Shown: positions 24,330 through 36,592 of the stretch, one piece after another
Position numbering within the stretch: the stretch's first letter is position 1
Layout: each line of letters opens with the position of its first letter
Assembly: GCA_008632985.1 (NCBI GenBank)
Contig: QPGO01000200.1
Span: 62,001-126,000 of the forward strand
Origin: Psammoneis japonica
Lineage: Eukaryota
DNA length: 64,000 bases
Direction: 5' to 3'
Notes under the pieces: generated by a model
Seen by the model: only the letters and a program-made list of their open reading frames with translations
Database searches by the model: none
Told to the model about the DNA's origin: nothing
Translations under genes and position numbers: made by a program

Positions 24330-25080
24330 ACCAGGTACGACTATAGAGGCTGCTGAAGCTAGTGGAGGCGGAAGCTAGTCGAAAGAACAGAGGTTTTGAT
24401 GTGGAACGAAGGGAACAGAGCGAATGATACAGGAACTCGGTGAAAAACGCCGGTTGCGGCATCAGATGCCATCTCCATCAACCATCAATTCCACATCCCA
24501 CCAATCTAAAAGCCTTCCATCATCATCTTCCGATCCGTGATGCGTACGTACGCCGCACGCACGCCGTCCTCTCCTTCTCTGATAAACTCCTACTCCTACC
24601 TACTTACTTCTAGCTAATAGAGGGCTACTCTACAGAGTAGTTCCTCTGCCAACTTATTCCCATAACATCGGTTTCTGAGAACATCGCATGGAATTTAATT
24701 CATTTAGGATGATTGTTTGTCGAGTCGGTCGTATGGATATATATTTTTGGGCTGCTCATCAACCTGCGATGATTGTAGACTACTACGTGTCGCATTTTGT
24801 GTGTAAGACCTGCCAGCTGCTACTTGTAGGGCCCTACCATAACTACTGTAAGATCTGTTATGATTTCTTCGCGCTGTCCATTATTTGCTCGAACATTCTT
24901 GACGTTCCTGTTGTCCTATCCTACTTTCTTCCCCGCAAGACTCCAGCATGAATTGCATTTTTTGGATGCGCTTGGCGGCCTTGTGAGGTGACAATTTACA
25001 TCAATTTCTAGCGATCCCGGAGCTGCAAGGAAGTCACTCGAATCCAAGGTGTAGAGTCAAACTATAGCTAGCCTCTAATG

Positions 25081-26890
25081 CTATGCTACACCAGATTGTT
25101 CCAGGCAACGTCTCAGCTCCTCCATCATCTCATGGTTTCTGGGGAAGAACAAGGAAAGTTTCTCATACACATCTTGCAGTTCCTGGATGGCTTGCAAAGG
25201 GTTTGGCGCTAGGAAAAGTCGCAGCTTCGCTACCTTATAGCGCAAAATGGTTTTATTGAGGATGGTCCAGCCCGCTGTGTCGTGACTATTGTAGTGGGAA
25301 AGAATCTCCTCCGCGAAAACGAGCGCGCCATTGCAGAGATTCCTCATTTCTATTTCAGACTGGACGTCCGTCAAGGAATGAAGGTAGCTCTGAACCAACT
25401 TTTCACCCGCAGATCGAACATAATATGAACTCGGATAGCAGGTGGATTTGAGTTCCTCGTATATAGTTTGTGCTCGGTTGCGACACTCATTTCGACTTTT
25501 CGAGTCTTGAAAATTGCCAGCCAAACAAAGCCGATTGGAATCATATTTTCGAATTAACTCCTGCGGTGATTGGAAATCCGTCGCTGAACAAACATCACAC
25601 ATCCAAGCTGTATTGCCTCCTGATACTGATCGTCGCACTCCTCTTCCGCGACAGCCGTCCTTCTGACAGCGCAAACCTTCCACAATAGCGTCCCTTTCGT
25701 CGTCACTGCAAGCAGAACAGGCGCACCAAAAGCTGTAATTTTTGATGAGATTCTCTCTTCGAATGTCACGTGGACAGGTACAGTCAATGTAGCTTATGCA
25801 AACCTCTTGGTTTGCTTGAATGTCGGAACAAGCCGAGATCCGCAACCGTGGTAGGCGGTCGCTTTCACTGTACATAAAGGTCTGGATCGCGTTTGGCGCG
25901 CAAGAATGGTTTATGTTGGAAGCAATAGGGAAGAGACCCAAGCCCATTGCAACTGATTCTCCGTCACACACACTGAAACCATTCGTTTTGACCTTTGCGA
26001 GAACGCCGGTGATGTATTCCGCCGAAAATGCTGCTAGCTTTTTTCGCGAGTACTCAGGAAGCGAGTAACACTGTTTGGATGTGAACAGCAGCAGTTCTGC
26101 AACGAAAATTACAACAGCATGGGCGTGTAGCTGTTCCTCACTGCTATTTGAGAATGAAGTACACTTTGTCTCATCATTTGGCTGCAAGTCAGCGATTCGT
26201 GAGCTTGTACTTGTTGGTTCCCCTGGCGTCTTGGTTGCTATCTTGGGTGTTGCTTCTTCAGCGGCGATTTTGAATAGAATTCGGTAAAGCAATATGACTG
26301 TTGGCATGACTGGTTGGCTGTGTTTCAAGGACGAACAAACTGCAGCAACAGCTCTCTCTTCATCCAACAAGGAGATCAAGTCGGCTCGTTCGCGACATTG
26401 ATGCGAGCAGAAGCATACATCGTAACAAGGATTATGCGCGACATCGTCAAATAATAGTCTTGAACTGTCATCGATTTGACGAAAACACAGTGAACAACGG
26501 TTCCACCGTTGGTCAATATTGAGAACTGGTGCCACCAACGGATCGAAGAACTCGTTTCAGCAATAGATTCTCCCAAGGAAATGTGGCGAGAAGCAATCAT
26601 ACACCGGCCTCTGCTTTCTCCTCGATGTTCAATACGATAACAAGAGACTTTCCATTCGCCGAAGAAACCTGGGCGAGAGCACGATGCTTTTTGCACTGCT
26701 CTTTATGCACGGGGTGGTGTCGTTTCTGGCACTTGACGTCATGGTACCAAGCGTTCTTGCACAGCGAGCACCGCTTCAGAGGAAGAGGCGTATCAGTTTC
26801 ACTGGATATCCGAGGAGGTAAGCCACAACCCGAGCAACGTCTACCATTATCCGACATTGTAATAATTGTGCTTCTCGGACGTCGTTGCAC
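25081..26890 (-). CDS. SET and MYND domain protein (SMYD-like lysine methyltransferase) with an extra N-terminal MYND finger; two apparent 1-nt frameshifts (about 26645 and 26545)
   Basis: LKRCSLCKNAWYHDVKCQKRHHPVHKEQC; RGRCMIASRHISLGE; CFCSHQC; GLFPIASNINHSCAPN; EVCISYID; YSFWCACSAC. The pieces lie in three frames (ORFs 26597..26890, 26376..26696, 25081..26538). Confidence 0.85.
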
Positions 26891-27198
26891 ACCCTGTTTC
26901 TTCTGATGCTTATAATGTTACCAGGTGCGTTCGCCTGTGAGTGTTATTATCGTAGATGTTGATGCATGTTTGTTTGCGAAGTCAAAGTCTCATCATCGAT
27001 GCACCGCCGGCAGGCAGGACAGACACACGCTCTCAGCGTCATCGATTTTTTCTTTTTTCAGCGCTTTCCTTTTCTGGACATGCAACACCAGACGAGAACT
27101 TCGTTGTTCCTTGGTTGGTATTGTGTTCAGTTGCGTTGCCGACGAAAGAGTGGTCTGCTACGCCTAGTGCATTCATTGTCGTTTTTTTAAATCATAGG

Positions 27199-27786
27199 AT
27201 GGGCGCAGGAAAGAACAAGGCTCATCGCAAAAAGCGAATAAGTAAACACGTACGCGAAGCACAGGAACGAAAGTCCGAGAAAGGCGACACTGCGGTGGAT
27301 TCGGCACCGAGGCAAGAGAAAAAGCCGTCCAAATCGAGAAAGAACAAGAAAGTCAAGGACCCATCTGAAGCTGCGTCATACCTTTCAACCTGGAAGCATC
27401 GAAACGCTGGCGCTGACGTGTGGAAGTTCAACAAGAATACCCAGTCTTGGCTCATTCGTCACATGTACGAAGCAGATAAAGTGCCCAAAGCCACCTTTGA
27501 GATATTGATGGAGTATATCGCTAATGGAGGGGAATCTCTCCGTTCACGCGTGAATCAAGATGCGACAAGGAGGGCATTACGGTATAAACAATTCGAAAAG
27601 GGTCTCGAGTCGAGCAGCAGAAACGACAAAGACAACACGGAAGCTGATGTACAAGCTGACAAACACAACGAGACTGAGGACGACAAGGACGACGCTGCAC
27701 GATGGAAAGCATTAAGCGACTATGAGAAGAGAAAAGAGTATAAGAGATCCAGAAAGATTCTCGACCTCTTGAAGGATAGCAAATGA
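27199..27786 (+). CDS. WKF-domain protein (C7orf50/DUF2373-like)
   Basis: YLSTWK..WKFNKNTQSWLIRHMY..F..LMEY; Lys-rich N-terminus. Confidence 0.8.
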   Translation: MGAGKNKAHRKKRISKHVREAQERKSEKGDTAVDSAPRQEKKPSKSRKNKKVKDPSEAASYLSTWKHRNAGADVWKFNKNTQSWLIRHMYEADKVPKATFEILMEYIANGGESLRSRVNQDATRRALRYKQFEKGLESSSRNDKDNTEADVQADKHNETEDDKDDAARWKALSDYEKRKEYKRSRKILDLLKDSK

Positions 27787-28197
27787 ACATCCCGAGAATT
27801 TTGCTGCATCCACGTTCGATGATGCATTGCTTTCTTGCCGTACGTGCCGGTCGCTTCGTTCTGTCATTTCTGGCGATATCGGTTAACGTTTATCGAAGAA
27901 AATAGCATCTTGTTGAAAGAGACTCTACTTCATGAGAAAGAGAGTTGTTGAGGGCGTAATAACTTTTGTCCAGCGATGTAACAACAGTGATCAAACCAGG
28001 TTTCCATACTAGAATCCAAAGCTAGTTACGGTACCATACTCTACTCAACTTGAACTGCTAAGTCATTCTTACTGTATGCCTGCTTTTCGACATGAACGTT
28101 CTTTTTGCAAAACGGCGTGTACTTGTGAAGGAAAGCATCGACGCGGAAGTTAGTCGCGGTACCAACTCGATGACATACAAATCTCAAAAGCGCAATA

Positions 28198-29718
28198 TTA
28201 AGGACTGCCAGATGAAGTTGTTTCGGTTTCATCTTCGTGACGCTTCAAGAGTGGATCATCCCAGTCTTCTTTGCCCATGAAGCAGAGGGCGCTGTGGTAC
28301 ATCGTTCGACAACATACAACTACAAGTGCCAGTGTAGCAATTCCCATAAAAATGGCAGCCATTACCTCTGCTGCCGGAGTGCCCACATCAGAAGCATACT
28401 GTACACAAGCGTTTCCAAGTGCCGACACTGGAAAGACGTATGCCCAATAGTTCCCCAATACCGATGGTCGTGATGCAATCATTGGGCCCAGCTTGCAGAG
28501 CAACAAAAACACAACGAGACACCAACCGAGAACCATTTCTGCAGCAACGCCAAATTCCTCTGGATCTCCATCAAACCCATTTAGTGCAATCACCGCAACA
28601 GACGGTGGTGCGATAAGCAGAGTCAGGGATGGCGAGCCCTTGCAGCTACCACATCTGTGGATTCTAGTGAAGATGTTGCTCACCACCAATATGTAAAACA
28701 TTGTTCCAGCTCCAAAGCAAAACGATGGTAGCCCGAGGCCCCATACTTCCTCTATTCGGGCAACTTGTCCCAAAACAGAAAGAAGGAACCATCCAACTGT
28801 AGACAACAAAAGCTGAGGCCTTGCAATAGCAATGTTTTGGGTTGAAGAGAACATCCATTTTTCATACACAAACAGTGTAATTATCAGCTGTGCAGAAAAT
28901 GCAATTGTCCACAAGACGCGCCGACACGTTTCGCTGACTCTGATGGAATTGGGTATGCCGATGGAGAGCATCGTCAACGCCAAATGCGGAGCGTTCATGA
29001 AGTGAATACGGGTTGGATCGGCGTACTCGCGACGACAGAGGTCGGGTGTTGAACACAGTCTGTACACGTAGGCAAGACCTGTGATTGCTCCGACCACCAC
29101 AGCGGTAATCCAAAGTATTTCATTCGCAAGGCCAGCATTGACTCCAACGAAGTCAGCTTCAGAAGCTGTGTTCCACATGATGGAGTTTCCGGCAAGCCCC
29201 ATGGCGATACCAAAAGCGGTATTCGGTATGCGCACAATAACCGGCGGCATCCTCGCCACATCCTCGCCACGCGATGAATCCTCATTATCTTCGGAGCCAT
29301 AAATAACCGTGAGTCGAGATTGACTTGTTTCGCCGGTCGTCGCGGGTTCATTTTGTGTTCCTGTGCCTCTGTAGTCCTGTTCGAGACGGCGAGGCACCGA
29401 TCTAGATGACGCCACAACCGTGATGGTGGGAGAAATCACAGGATTTCCTGACAGAGATAATGTTGAAGAGTTGGTAGGTGAAATGATGTTTCTGTCGGTC
29501 GCCGAGGAACACCTATCTTGGCCGCCTTCTACTTCTACAGAGAGTTTTCTGGAGCGGAGTTGTTGGCGTCGGGCCTCGTCAGGTTCTCCAGTCGACTGTT
29601 TAGTATTATGAATATTATTGTGCATGGCTTCATTCATTACTGTTATGAAACGTCGGGTAAGTCTTTTTAAATACTTAGCTGTAAGCAGACAAGTTGTCAG
29701 TGGTTCTGTTGTGTTCAT
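28198..29718 (-). CDS. SLAC1/TehA (TDT family) anion channel
   Basis: About 10 hydrophobic segments; FGIAMGLAG, REYADPTRIHF, LLIAPPSVA, YWAYVFP. Start codon uncertain. Confidence 0.85.
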   Translation of the reverse strand: MNTTEPLTTCLLTAKYLKRLTRRFITVMNEAMHNNIHNTKQSTGEPDEARRQQLRSRKLSVEVEGGQDRCSSATDRNIISPTNSSTLSLSGNPVISPTITVVASSRSVPRRLEQDYRGTGTQNEPATTGETSQSRLTVIYGSEDNEDSSRGEDVARMPPVIVRIPNTAFGIAMGLAGNSIMWNTASEADFVGVNAGLANEILWITAVVVGAITGLAYVYRLCSTPDLCRREYADPTRIHFMNAPHLALTMLSIGIPNSIRVSETCRRVLWTIAFSAQLIITLFVYEKWMFSSTQNIAIARPQLLLSTVGWFLLSVLGQVARIEEVWGLGLPSFCFGAGTMFYILVVSNIFTRIHRCGSCKGSPSLTLLIAPPSVAVIALNGFDGDPEEFGVAAEMVLGWCLVVFLLLCKLGPMIASRPSVLGNYWAYVFPVSALGNACVQYASDVGTPAAEVMAAIFMGIATLALVVVCCRTMYHSALCFMGKEDWDDPLLKRHEDETETTSSGSP

Positions 29719-30179
29719 TGCGTTTGCTGCTCATGCGGTTTTCGCGTTTTTTCGCATGGATTTTGGATTTTGTGTGAGAAGATTCTTCCAAGATCCCGCT
29801 CGTCGCGCGCGCGCCGGGCTAATCCGAAATTCCAAAAAGGGGAGGGTGAAAACGCATGCACCCCTGTGGTAGGGGAGCTGTGTGTGTGTGCGTGGTTGTG
29901 CGCGCACGGCTTCGCCGTGCGTTGAGTTTTAATGTTAATATCCACGCGAATGTGTATATTCCATAAGTAAAAATTCCTATTCCACAGCTCCCCTAAAACT
30001 CTAACCACCAAAAACCGAGGGGTCGGAAGCGCACTTTCGGGAGCTCTTTTTCTCCGCACAAAAAACACGCGTTTCGTCGACTCGACCATGATGATGCCTC
30101 GTGGTTCTGCCCCATCGCCTTCCCAGGACGCCGATCCTACTGACACCGTTGCCAACAACACTGACACAACAGGTAATGT

Positions 30180-30745
30180 CATTATTCCGGTTCTTGTGGG
30201 TGTGACACGTACAAAATAAGATGCTACAAACTCACACTGTTGTTGGCACGCTCCACCGCCTCCCACAGATGCCATCACGAATTCCAACGCCGCACCTGCG
30301 TTTCGGCCCCCTAGCATGCCCGATGCTGTTACTCCTGCCCTTGCTGCCGCAGGTGCTGTTGACACTGTTATTGTGTTTTGCCAATGACGTCCACAATGAA
30401 ATGCCAATGACTCACACTTCTTTCATTCTCGCCCCACCGCCTCCCACAGACACTGTCACGAATTCCAACGCCGCACCTGTGTTTCGCCCCCCTGGCATGC
30501 CCGACACTGTTGCTCCTGCCCTCACTGCCGCAGGTGCTGTTGATGCTGTCATTGTCTTTTGCCAATGACGTCCACAACGAAATGCTTGTAACTCACACTT
30601 CTTTCATTCTCGCCCCACCGCCTCCCACAGATGCCATCACGAATTCCAACGCCGCACCTGCGTTTCAGCCCCCTGGCATGCACCACACTGTCAATCCCAC
30701 CCTCAATGCTGCAGTTACTGTTGACACTGTTGTTGTTTTTGCTTC
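30180..30745. repeat. Three tandem copies of a ~190-bp unit
   Basis: Repeated cgcctcccacaga..tcacgaattccaacgccgcacctg..gcatgc..gcaggtgctgttga..ttttgccaatgacgtccacaa at about 30257, 30438 and 30619. Confidence 0.9.
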
Positions 30746-30959
30746 AGGATTTTTCCTGCTGCCATTGGCATTTGTGTGCAAATGCACAAACAGGTGTGAG
30801 GACATTCACACAAAAATGTAATGAACAAGACACAAACTGCCACGTGACCATGACATCACCACATTCTCCCCTGCCACAGGGGTGAAACACATGCAGTGCA
30901 TCAAATGGAATTATGTGCACATTCATGTGTTTACATGTGTTGCTTTTTCGCGCCCGCCG

Positions 30960-31095
30960 AAGACGCAAGAGGAGAAGAAGAGACCATGAGACATGCACGC
31001 GATTCGACCAAAGCAAAAGACCCGCCAAAGCAAGATGCAAGAGAAGAAGAAGAGATTGTGAGACATGCACGCGATTCGACCAAAGCAAAAGACTG
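30960..31095. repeat. Direct duplication of a ~60-70 bp unit
   Basis: gcaagag(g/a)agaagaagag....tgagacatgcacgcgattcgaccaaagcaaaagac occurs twice. Confidence 0.9.
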
Positions 31096-31099
31096 ATGA

Positions 31100-32660
31100 C
31101 ACCACGACGACAGACCGAATGGCAATTGACGAAAACACAGTGTGAAATCAGCCATTTTCACCGGGCAAGAGTGGCGACAGCTGTGCATGACAAAATCACA
31201 ATCAGCGCGAGGAGGTCTGGTGGACAGTGGACAGAAGCAATGGAAATGTTGGCCCTGGCGCCACTCACTTTCCTTCAGCGGCGGCAAGTCTCTGGAAAGA
31301 CACCACCGCAACCTGCACATTTTTGGATCTTGCCACACTGCTCCTTTTTCAGTTTTTTTCTTTTTTCCTGAGCCCGGGCACTTTGCACCCCAGGCTTTTT
31401 GAAAAACACTCTCCTCTGTCATCAAGCCCAGCTGGCGTGGTGGTGAGACACCATCAAAGCTCAGCTCCCAAAGAGAGCTTCTGAGCACCAAAGCATTTGG
31501 CTGCAAGTTCTCTGGCACCACACCACCCTTGCACCCATTTGAAGAAATTCCAGCACTGTCTCCTTGCTCCAACAAAAGCAGCCAAACATGTGGCTGGCAG
31601 CTTGTGCCAACAAGAAGAGACAGGCAGCACCACAGAGAGTGCACACACGCAAGAAGCAAATGCATCTGAAAAGTTTTTGTGGTGCCCGTCATGTCAACCA
31701 ACAGTTTGAGACACTCTCTTGCTTGGGTGAGCTTGGCAGAATTCAGAGCTTTTGTTGCTCTGTGAGCCCCGCCAGAGAACAAAGCTCCTCTCTGCTCATG
31801 GAAAAGTTTTTGCTGCTTTGAACACCCACCTTGTGTTTGTCATGGCACAAGTGACAGCCCTCGAGTTCATTCATTTCTGCAACAGCTGTGGTCTCTCTCA
31901 AACAAACAACAGATCGTGTGCAGCATGTCCAGCAAAAGAAGAGACAACATTGCTGTTGCAAGCAATGACAAGATCCAGGTGGCTCTGTTTCTCTTGCTTG
32001 CTGCAGCCATTTGTTCTGGCACCACTCCAGCCTTGCAGCAGAGGAAATTTTTGTCTCGCATGTCGCGCTCTTGCTTTGGCAGCAGAAGCGGTGCACCTGA
32101 CCAGTGCTTTCTTGGAAACCCCAGGAGCTGGTGCAGCAAAGGGGGCACAAGTGGATTCTCTCATTGTTGCTCAGCTTTCAAAGGAGCTTCCTCTCCAGTG
32201 TGACGTGCTGCTGCATGATGACACGCTGTTGCATGATGGTGCCCCGGCTCAGGGGGGGGTTGAGCAAGCTGTTGCCCCCCCATGGCAGCTCCAAGCTTGC
32301 CAGCAAACATCCAAGTCTTGCCCACTTTGGCACCCTTTTCAACTTGTTTGCTGCTTTTGAGGTGCTGTGCCCCTGACTTGGCTGAGCATCTTGAGCATTG
32401 TCTTGCTGTGCTGCGCTGCCGGCCGCTGCAGCAAGTGTCTCTCGCGAGGAAAGCTCCGCGCGCAGATCTTGGATTTGCAATTTGTTGTGTGTTGCGTTGC
32501 GTCGCCTGTTGTGAAGGCTTTCTACCGATATTTTCGCTTTTGTCTTTCGTCGCGTCTGTCGCAAATTCTTCTGCTGTTTAACACAAAAACGACGATCGAA
32601 ATCGCTGGACCTCTGGTGAACTGGTAAGACGAAGGCGACGAAAACGACGGATACGGGACG
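31100..32660 (-). pseudogene. Decayed gene or transposon ORF with a relatively intact CpG-rich 5' end and a TpA/CpG-depleted body
   Basis: ORF 32178..32663 reads like protein at its start (QKNLRQTRRKTKAK..LQIQDLRAELSSRE) and then breaks into Cys/His-rich fragments. Confidence 0.4.
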
Positions 32661-32746
32661 CACTGTTGACTATAACCTCAATACGAATACTATTGGCATC
32701 GCAGCAAACAACGACATACCAGTACGTAAAAAGATAATCGAAAGAG

Positions 32747-33700
32747 ATGAACGCCAGTGCACCAAAGGAGAACGAAAATCCCTTAGTCCACGAGGTTCGA
32801 AATCAAGACAGAAGAGACCTGAAAAAGGCGCTTGGTTGGTCTCAAGTTGAGCGTTTGAACTTTGTCAGCAGCGACACCTACGACGATGCGAGAGACGGAG
32901 GACCGATGCAGTTTTCGGCTACACGTTCATTAAACTCTTCCTTCAGTACAGAGGCGCGATCAATCTTTCTCGCTTTAACAGGTGCCGCTTCCACGTCGGG
33001 AAGTGGATCTGTTGCGCTTCTTAGAAACGCGGGCTTTTCGCTCCCGTCTGTGGAAGAGCTTTCGCCGTATCCTCCGCCGTTTCTGCGTCAACCAACTTTT
33101 GTACCTGCAGCGTTAGCCGAGGAAGCGCCTCACGATCAAGCCCCAGAGCGACTCAGGGACAACTTCGATTCAGAAGAGGTCTTTGAAATCATTCGCAACA
33201 TTCAGGATCCAGAACACCCCCTGACGCTCGAGCAACTCAACGTCGTGAACTTGAATCACGTTGAGGTGCACGATGATTTTGACCAAGGTTTCTCTGAGAC
33301 TGTATCATCAGATACAGCTCAGCAAAAAACAAAGTTGTCATCTGTTGATGTTCGGTTCACGTGAGTGAGATAGCGATGGTGCTAGTTCCGGCTTGAAAGT
33401 GTCGGTTGAGTTGTTTATCTCACACGTGATCGAATTTTGCACTTTCTCAAATGCAGACCCACCATTCCCCACTGTTCCATGGCAACTCTGATTGGGTTGT
33501 GCATACGAGTGAAGCTTCTTCGGTCTCTTCCTGCGAGATTCAAGGTGACCGTAAGAATCGAACCAGGTACGCATGCGAGCGAGAATGCGGTGAACAAACA
33601 ATTGGCTGACAAGGAGCGAGTTTGCGCCGCCTTGGAAAACGAGCATCTACTTGGTGTTGTAAATCGTTGTATTGAAAATGGAATGAAAACCAGTGTGTGA
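32747..33700 (+). CDS. CIA2: Cytosolic Fe-S assembly component CIA2/FAM96 (MIP18 family); intron 33361-33456
   Basis: [30 protein letters not shown]; spliced [44 protein letters not shown]. Confidence 0.95.
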
Positions 33701-33955
33701 TTGCACATGCGTAATTTAAAACAACATGCAGTCACATAATACTCGTCATCCAAAGATTCGCGCAAAGTCCCATACCTTTGACGATAAACTTCCAAGTGTT
33801 GCTTAGCAGGAAATTGCTATTGGTGTATGTAAGCGACAGACAATCAGTAGCAGATGTTGATGTACGGCATGCTATGCAAAGAAGAAGAAGACATGTCGAC
33901 TACAAACAAGTAATGTTGATGAGGAGCGTTTTCAATCGTGTTTAATTTAGTTCTT

Positions 33956-36592
33956 TCATGATGGATTATCTCGCCATAAATGCAGTCCGCCAAACATTGG
34001 TTTTGGGGAGCATGTGTTGGTGTTAATGTCCCCTTGTCCTAATCGACCAGAATTGTCGCCACAAGACAGTACGCTGCCTGAGGCTGTAACAAACACAGAG
34101 GAATCGTATCCAGCGCAAGCATGCATCACACGAACACTAGATGATTCGGAGCTCGACACCTTTCTCGCGCCCGGTAGGGAATGGCACGAGTCCATTGAAA
34201 GTGCAAGATCGTTCTCTGAAACGGAACGACAATTCCTAATGCTTGAATCCAGCTGGCTTGAAAGTTGTATATCCACAGGTCGAGGCGACCATTCAACAAC
34301 ATCATTGACACATGATTGCGCTATATTCTCAGAGGCGGTCTCGTCAGATCGATTTTCTTCGTTCACACATGCTTTCGGGGAACTAGTATATCCCAGCCTG
34401 TTGCCGGAAGCATTGCCCCATGCATAAACCTTTCCGTCTCGTGATAAGGCGACTGCGTGTCGAGCTCCGACACTCACAGATGCGATTCCATTCACTAAGT
34501 CCGTATGGCCGTCAGGGAACAAAAGGCTCTTTGGCTCGGTCGATTTCGTAATTGCTGGACCACGCCCAAGTAACCCATCTTCGCTCGTCCCAAACGATAG
34601 ACATCGTCCCGTTGAAGTTACAATAAAAGTGCACTTTGGTCCTAGCGCTACATGCGACGGATACTCGCCATGCACCTGTTCGTTTGGCGAGTGATAAGGA
34701 GCTGACTTGGCTGACAACGATTCATCTCCACCATCGAGTGATTGTAGCTGCTCCCAATCTTCATTGGAAGGATAAAATGATAGCTTTCGCACGACGCTTG
34801 GTGTACCAACGTTGTGGCTACGACGTGGTTTCGACCCCGTGCCATTCATTTTCGTCTGCTTTCTATTCTCTTTAGTATCAGCAGACGTACTTGTTTTCCT
34901 CCTCGAGTCATCTATCAAAGACATTTCATCGACTAGATTGTGTGGTCCTAGAGCACCATCGCCTGCAAAACCCCATGTGTAAAGTTCAATAGCACCAGTA
35001 GCACGCCTAACCAACGCAGCCGAATGTTGCTCAGAAGCGCTTATTGCAAAAATTCCCGGTGTAGGCCCTCCTGAGGTTCCAGGCCACACACTGCAGTGAA
35101 GTGCGACACGTCTAGGCAATGGGACATCTTCTTCTTGGTCTTCATTCGCTGCGCATGCGTCTTTCACAACAGGGTTGACCAGTCCAAGTTTCATGCAATT
35201 ATTGCGACCAAAGCCGTACATTTGATGGTGATAAATGAGTTCAGATGGATCGGCAGTGGTTGAACTTGTTGTTGATTGGTCTAAGCTTTCGTCGTCGGTT
35301 CCGATTATTCTGGGAGGTGAAGAAACTACTCGAGACATTTCGACAAAAGAGTCACGCGTTGCGGCGTTTTTGCGCACGCTGCTCATTCGTCTACCGTCAG
35401 TGTTTACAACTACCAAGGAATGGTCCACTCCGGCTGCACATGCAATCGCTTTCCCTCCGTTTTCAAGTAGCGGGGTCACTATTGTTGGCGATGTGACGAA
35501 TCCTTGGTTTTCGTCTTGGGATGATGATGTTCGCCCGATGCCAAGTTGGCCGTGATCATTGAGACCAAAAGAAAACAACAACGCCTCCTTTGATATGAGA
35601 AGAACATGAGATCCTAGTGGATGCGCAGAAACCTGTTTGATGGATATTTGCGCCAAAGACGAAAGAAAAGTTGGAACACCGTGTATCACCATCGGAGGAG
35701 ATACTGGGGATCCAGCTGGCCGGAGTCTCCCGATCGAACTTGGGACTGGTTCGATATCGCCACCGAAACACATGGGATCTTTCGTATCCCTGCTGGAATC
35801 ATGATCTGGCGACGGTGTTATTGATGCATCCGACCCATCTGGTATGCTTAAATCTGTTCTTTGAGTTTGCGATTCGTTCTTTTCTCCTTCCAGTACAGCA
35901 GCCAGGTACGACGGTGATGCCATTTCTGTCTCTTCTTTTGACCGATTCCGTTCCTCTGAACCGGGTATCATATCGTTTCCGTTGTCCGCAAAGTGAGAGT
36001 AGTCAAAGCTAGGTAAAGGAAAGAGGTTGTCGCTTTTGCCGTCGGGGCCTAGCTGGTCCTGAAATGAATCTCCATCTGCATTAATTGGTGGTTTTGGCGA
36101 AACGGGGACCGTGGAAGAAAGCGAGTCCGACGCCGATTCTTGTGCTACATTATTTTGTTTGGGTCTAACATCTGATTCTGGTACATCTGACGTCTCTCCT
36201 TTTCCGCCAAGAAGGCCGCCTCGTACATGCCTGTTGGCGACATCGAGTGATGCGTAGTCAGGAGCGCACAGATTCAGTACGGAGCTTTGATCCAAGTTCT
36301 CAAGACCACACCACAATAAATCAGAGTCATTCTCGTTCTTATTTTTCCTCCGTCTTCTTTCTGGCGGGATCATGTATGCCTGTGAAGACTTTCGGCACCG
36401 GCTCACCAGCACGTCGCCTGTCGCAGATAACAACACAGTTTCAACTTTGGACATTGCGACGCCTCCCTGAAAGCTTAACGGTGGCGTCAAAGGCTCATCG
36501 GAACGGGGTGAAAGAGGAGGATGCGGTTGGATTGACGGAGGTATTGCTGTAGTCATCGCGTCGCCCGCAGCTCTCTTTGACTTAACAACCAT
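33956..36592 (-). CDS. RCC1-repeat protein
   Basis: FSFGLNDHGQLG, ACAAGVDHSL, YTWG..GALG, VSVGARHAVALSRDGKVYAWG, GRLGQG. Confidence 0.9.
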   Translation of the reverse strand: MVVKSKRAAGDAMTTAIPPSIQPHPPLSPRSDEPLTPPLSFQGGVAMSKVETVLLSATGDVLVSRCRKSSQAYMIPPERRRRKNKNENDSDLLWCGLENLDQSSVLNLCAPDYASLDVANRHVRGGLLGGKGETSDVPESDVRPKQNNVAQESASDSLSSTVPVSPKPPINADGDSFQDQLGPDGKSDNLFPLPSFDYSHFADNGNDMIPGSEERNRSKEETEMASPSYLAAVLEGEKNESQTQRTDLSIPDGSDASITPSPDHDSSRDTKDPMCFGGDIEPVPSSIGRLRPAGSPVSPPMVIHGVPTFLSSLAQISIKQVSAHPLGSHVLLISKEALLFSFGLNDHGQLGIGRTSSSQDENQGFVTSPTIVTPLLENGGKAIACAAGVDHSLVVVNTDGRRMSSVRKNAATRDSFVEMSRVVSSPPRIIGTDDESLDQSTTSSTTADPSELIYHHQMYGFGRNNCMKLGLVNPVVKDACAANEDQEEDVPLPRRVALHCSVWPGTSGGPTPGIFAISASEQHSAALVRRATGAIELYTWGFAGDGALGPHNLVDEMSLIDDSRRKTSTSADTKENRKQTKMNGTGSKPRRSHNVGTPSVVRKLSFYPSNEDWEQLQSLDGGDESLSAKSAPYHSPNEQVHGEYPSHVALGPKCTFIVTSTGRCLSFGTSEDGLLGRGPAITKSTEPKSLLFPDGHTDLVNGIASVSVGARHAVALSRDGKVYAWGNASGNRLGYTSSPKACVNEENRSDETASENIAQSCVNDVVEWSPRPVDIQLSSQLDSSIRNCRSVSENDLALSMDSCHSLPGARKVSSSESSSVRVMHACAGYDSSVFVTASGSVLSCGDNSGRLGQGDINTNTCSPKPMFGGLHLWRDNPS

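Noticed and set aside
29715..30407. 230-aa ORF upstream of the SLAC1-like gene
   Set aside because: Runs through promoter-like DNA and the tandem repeat; no protein-like features.
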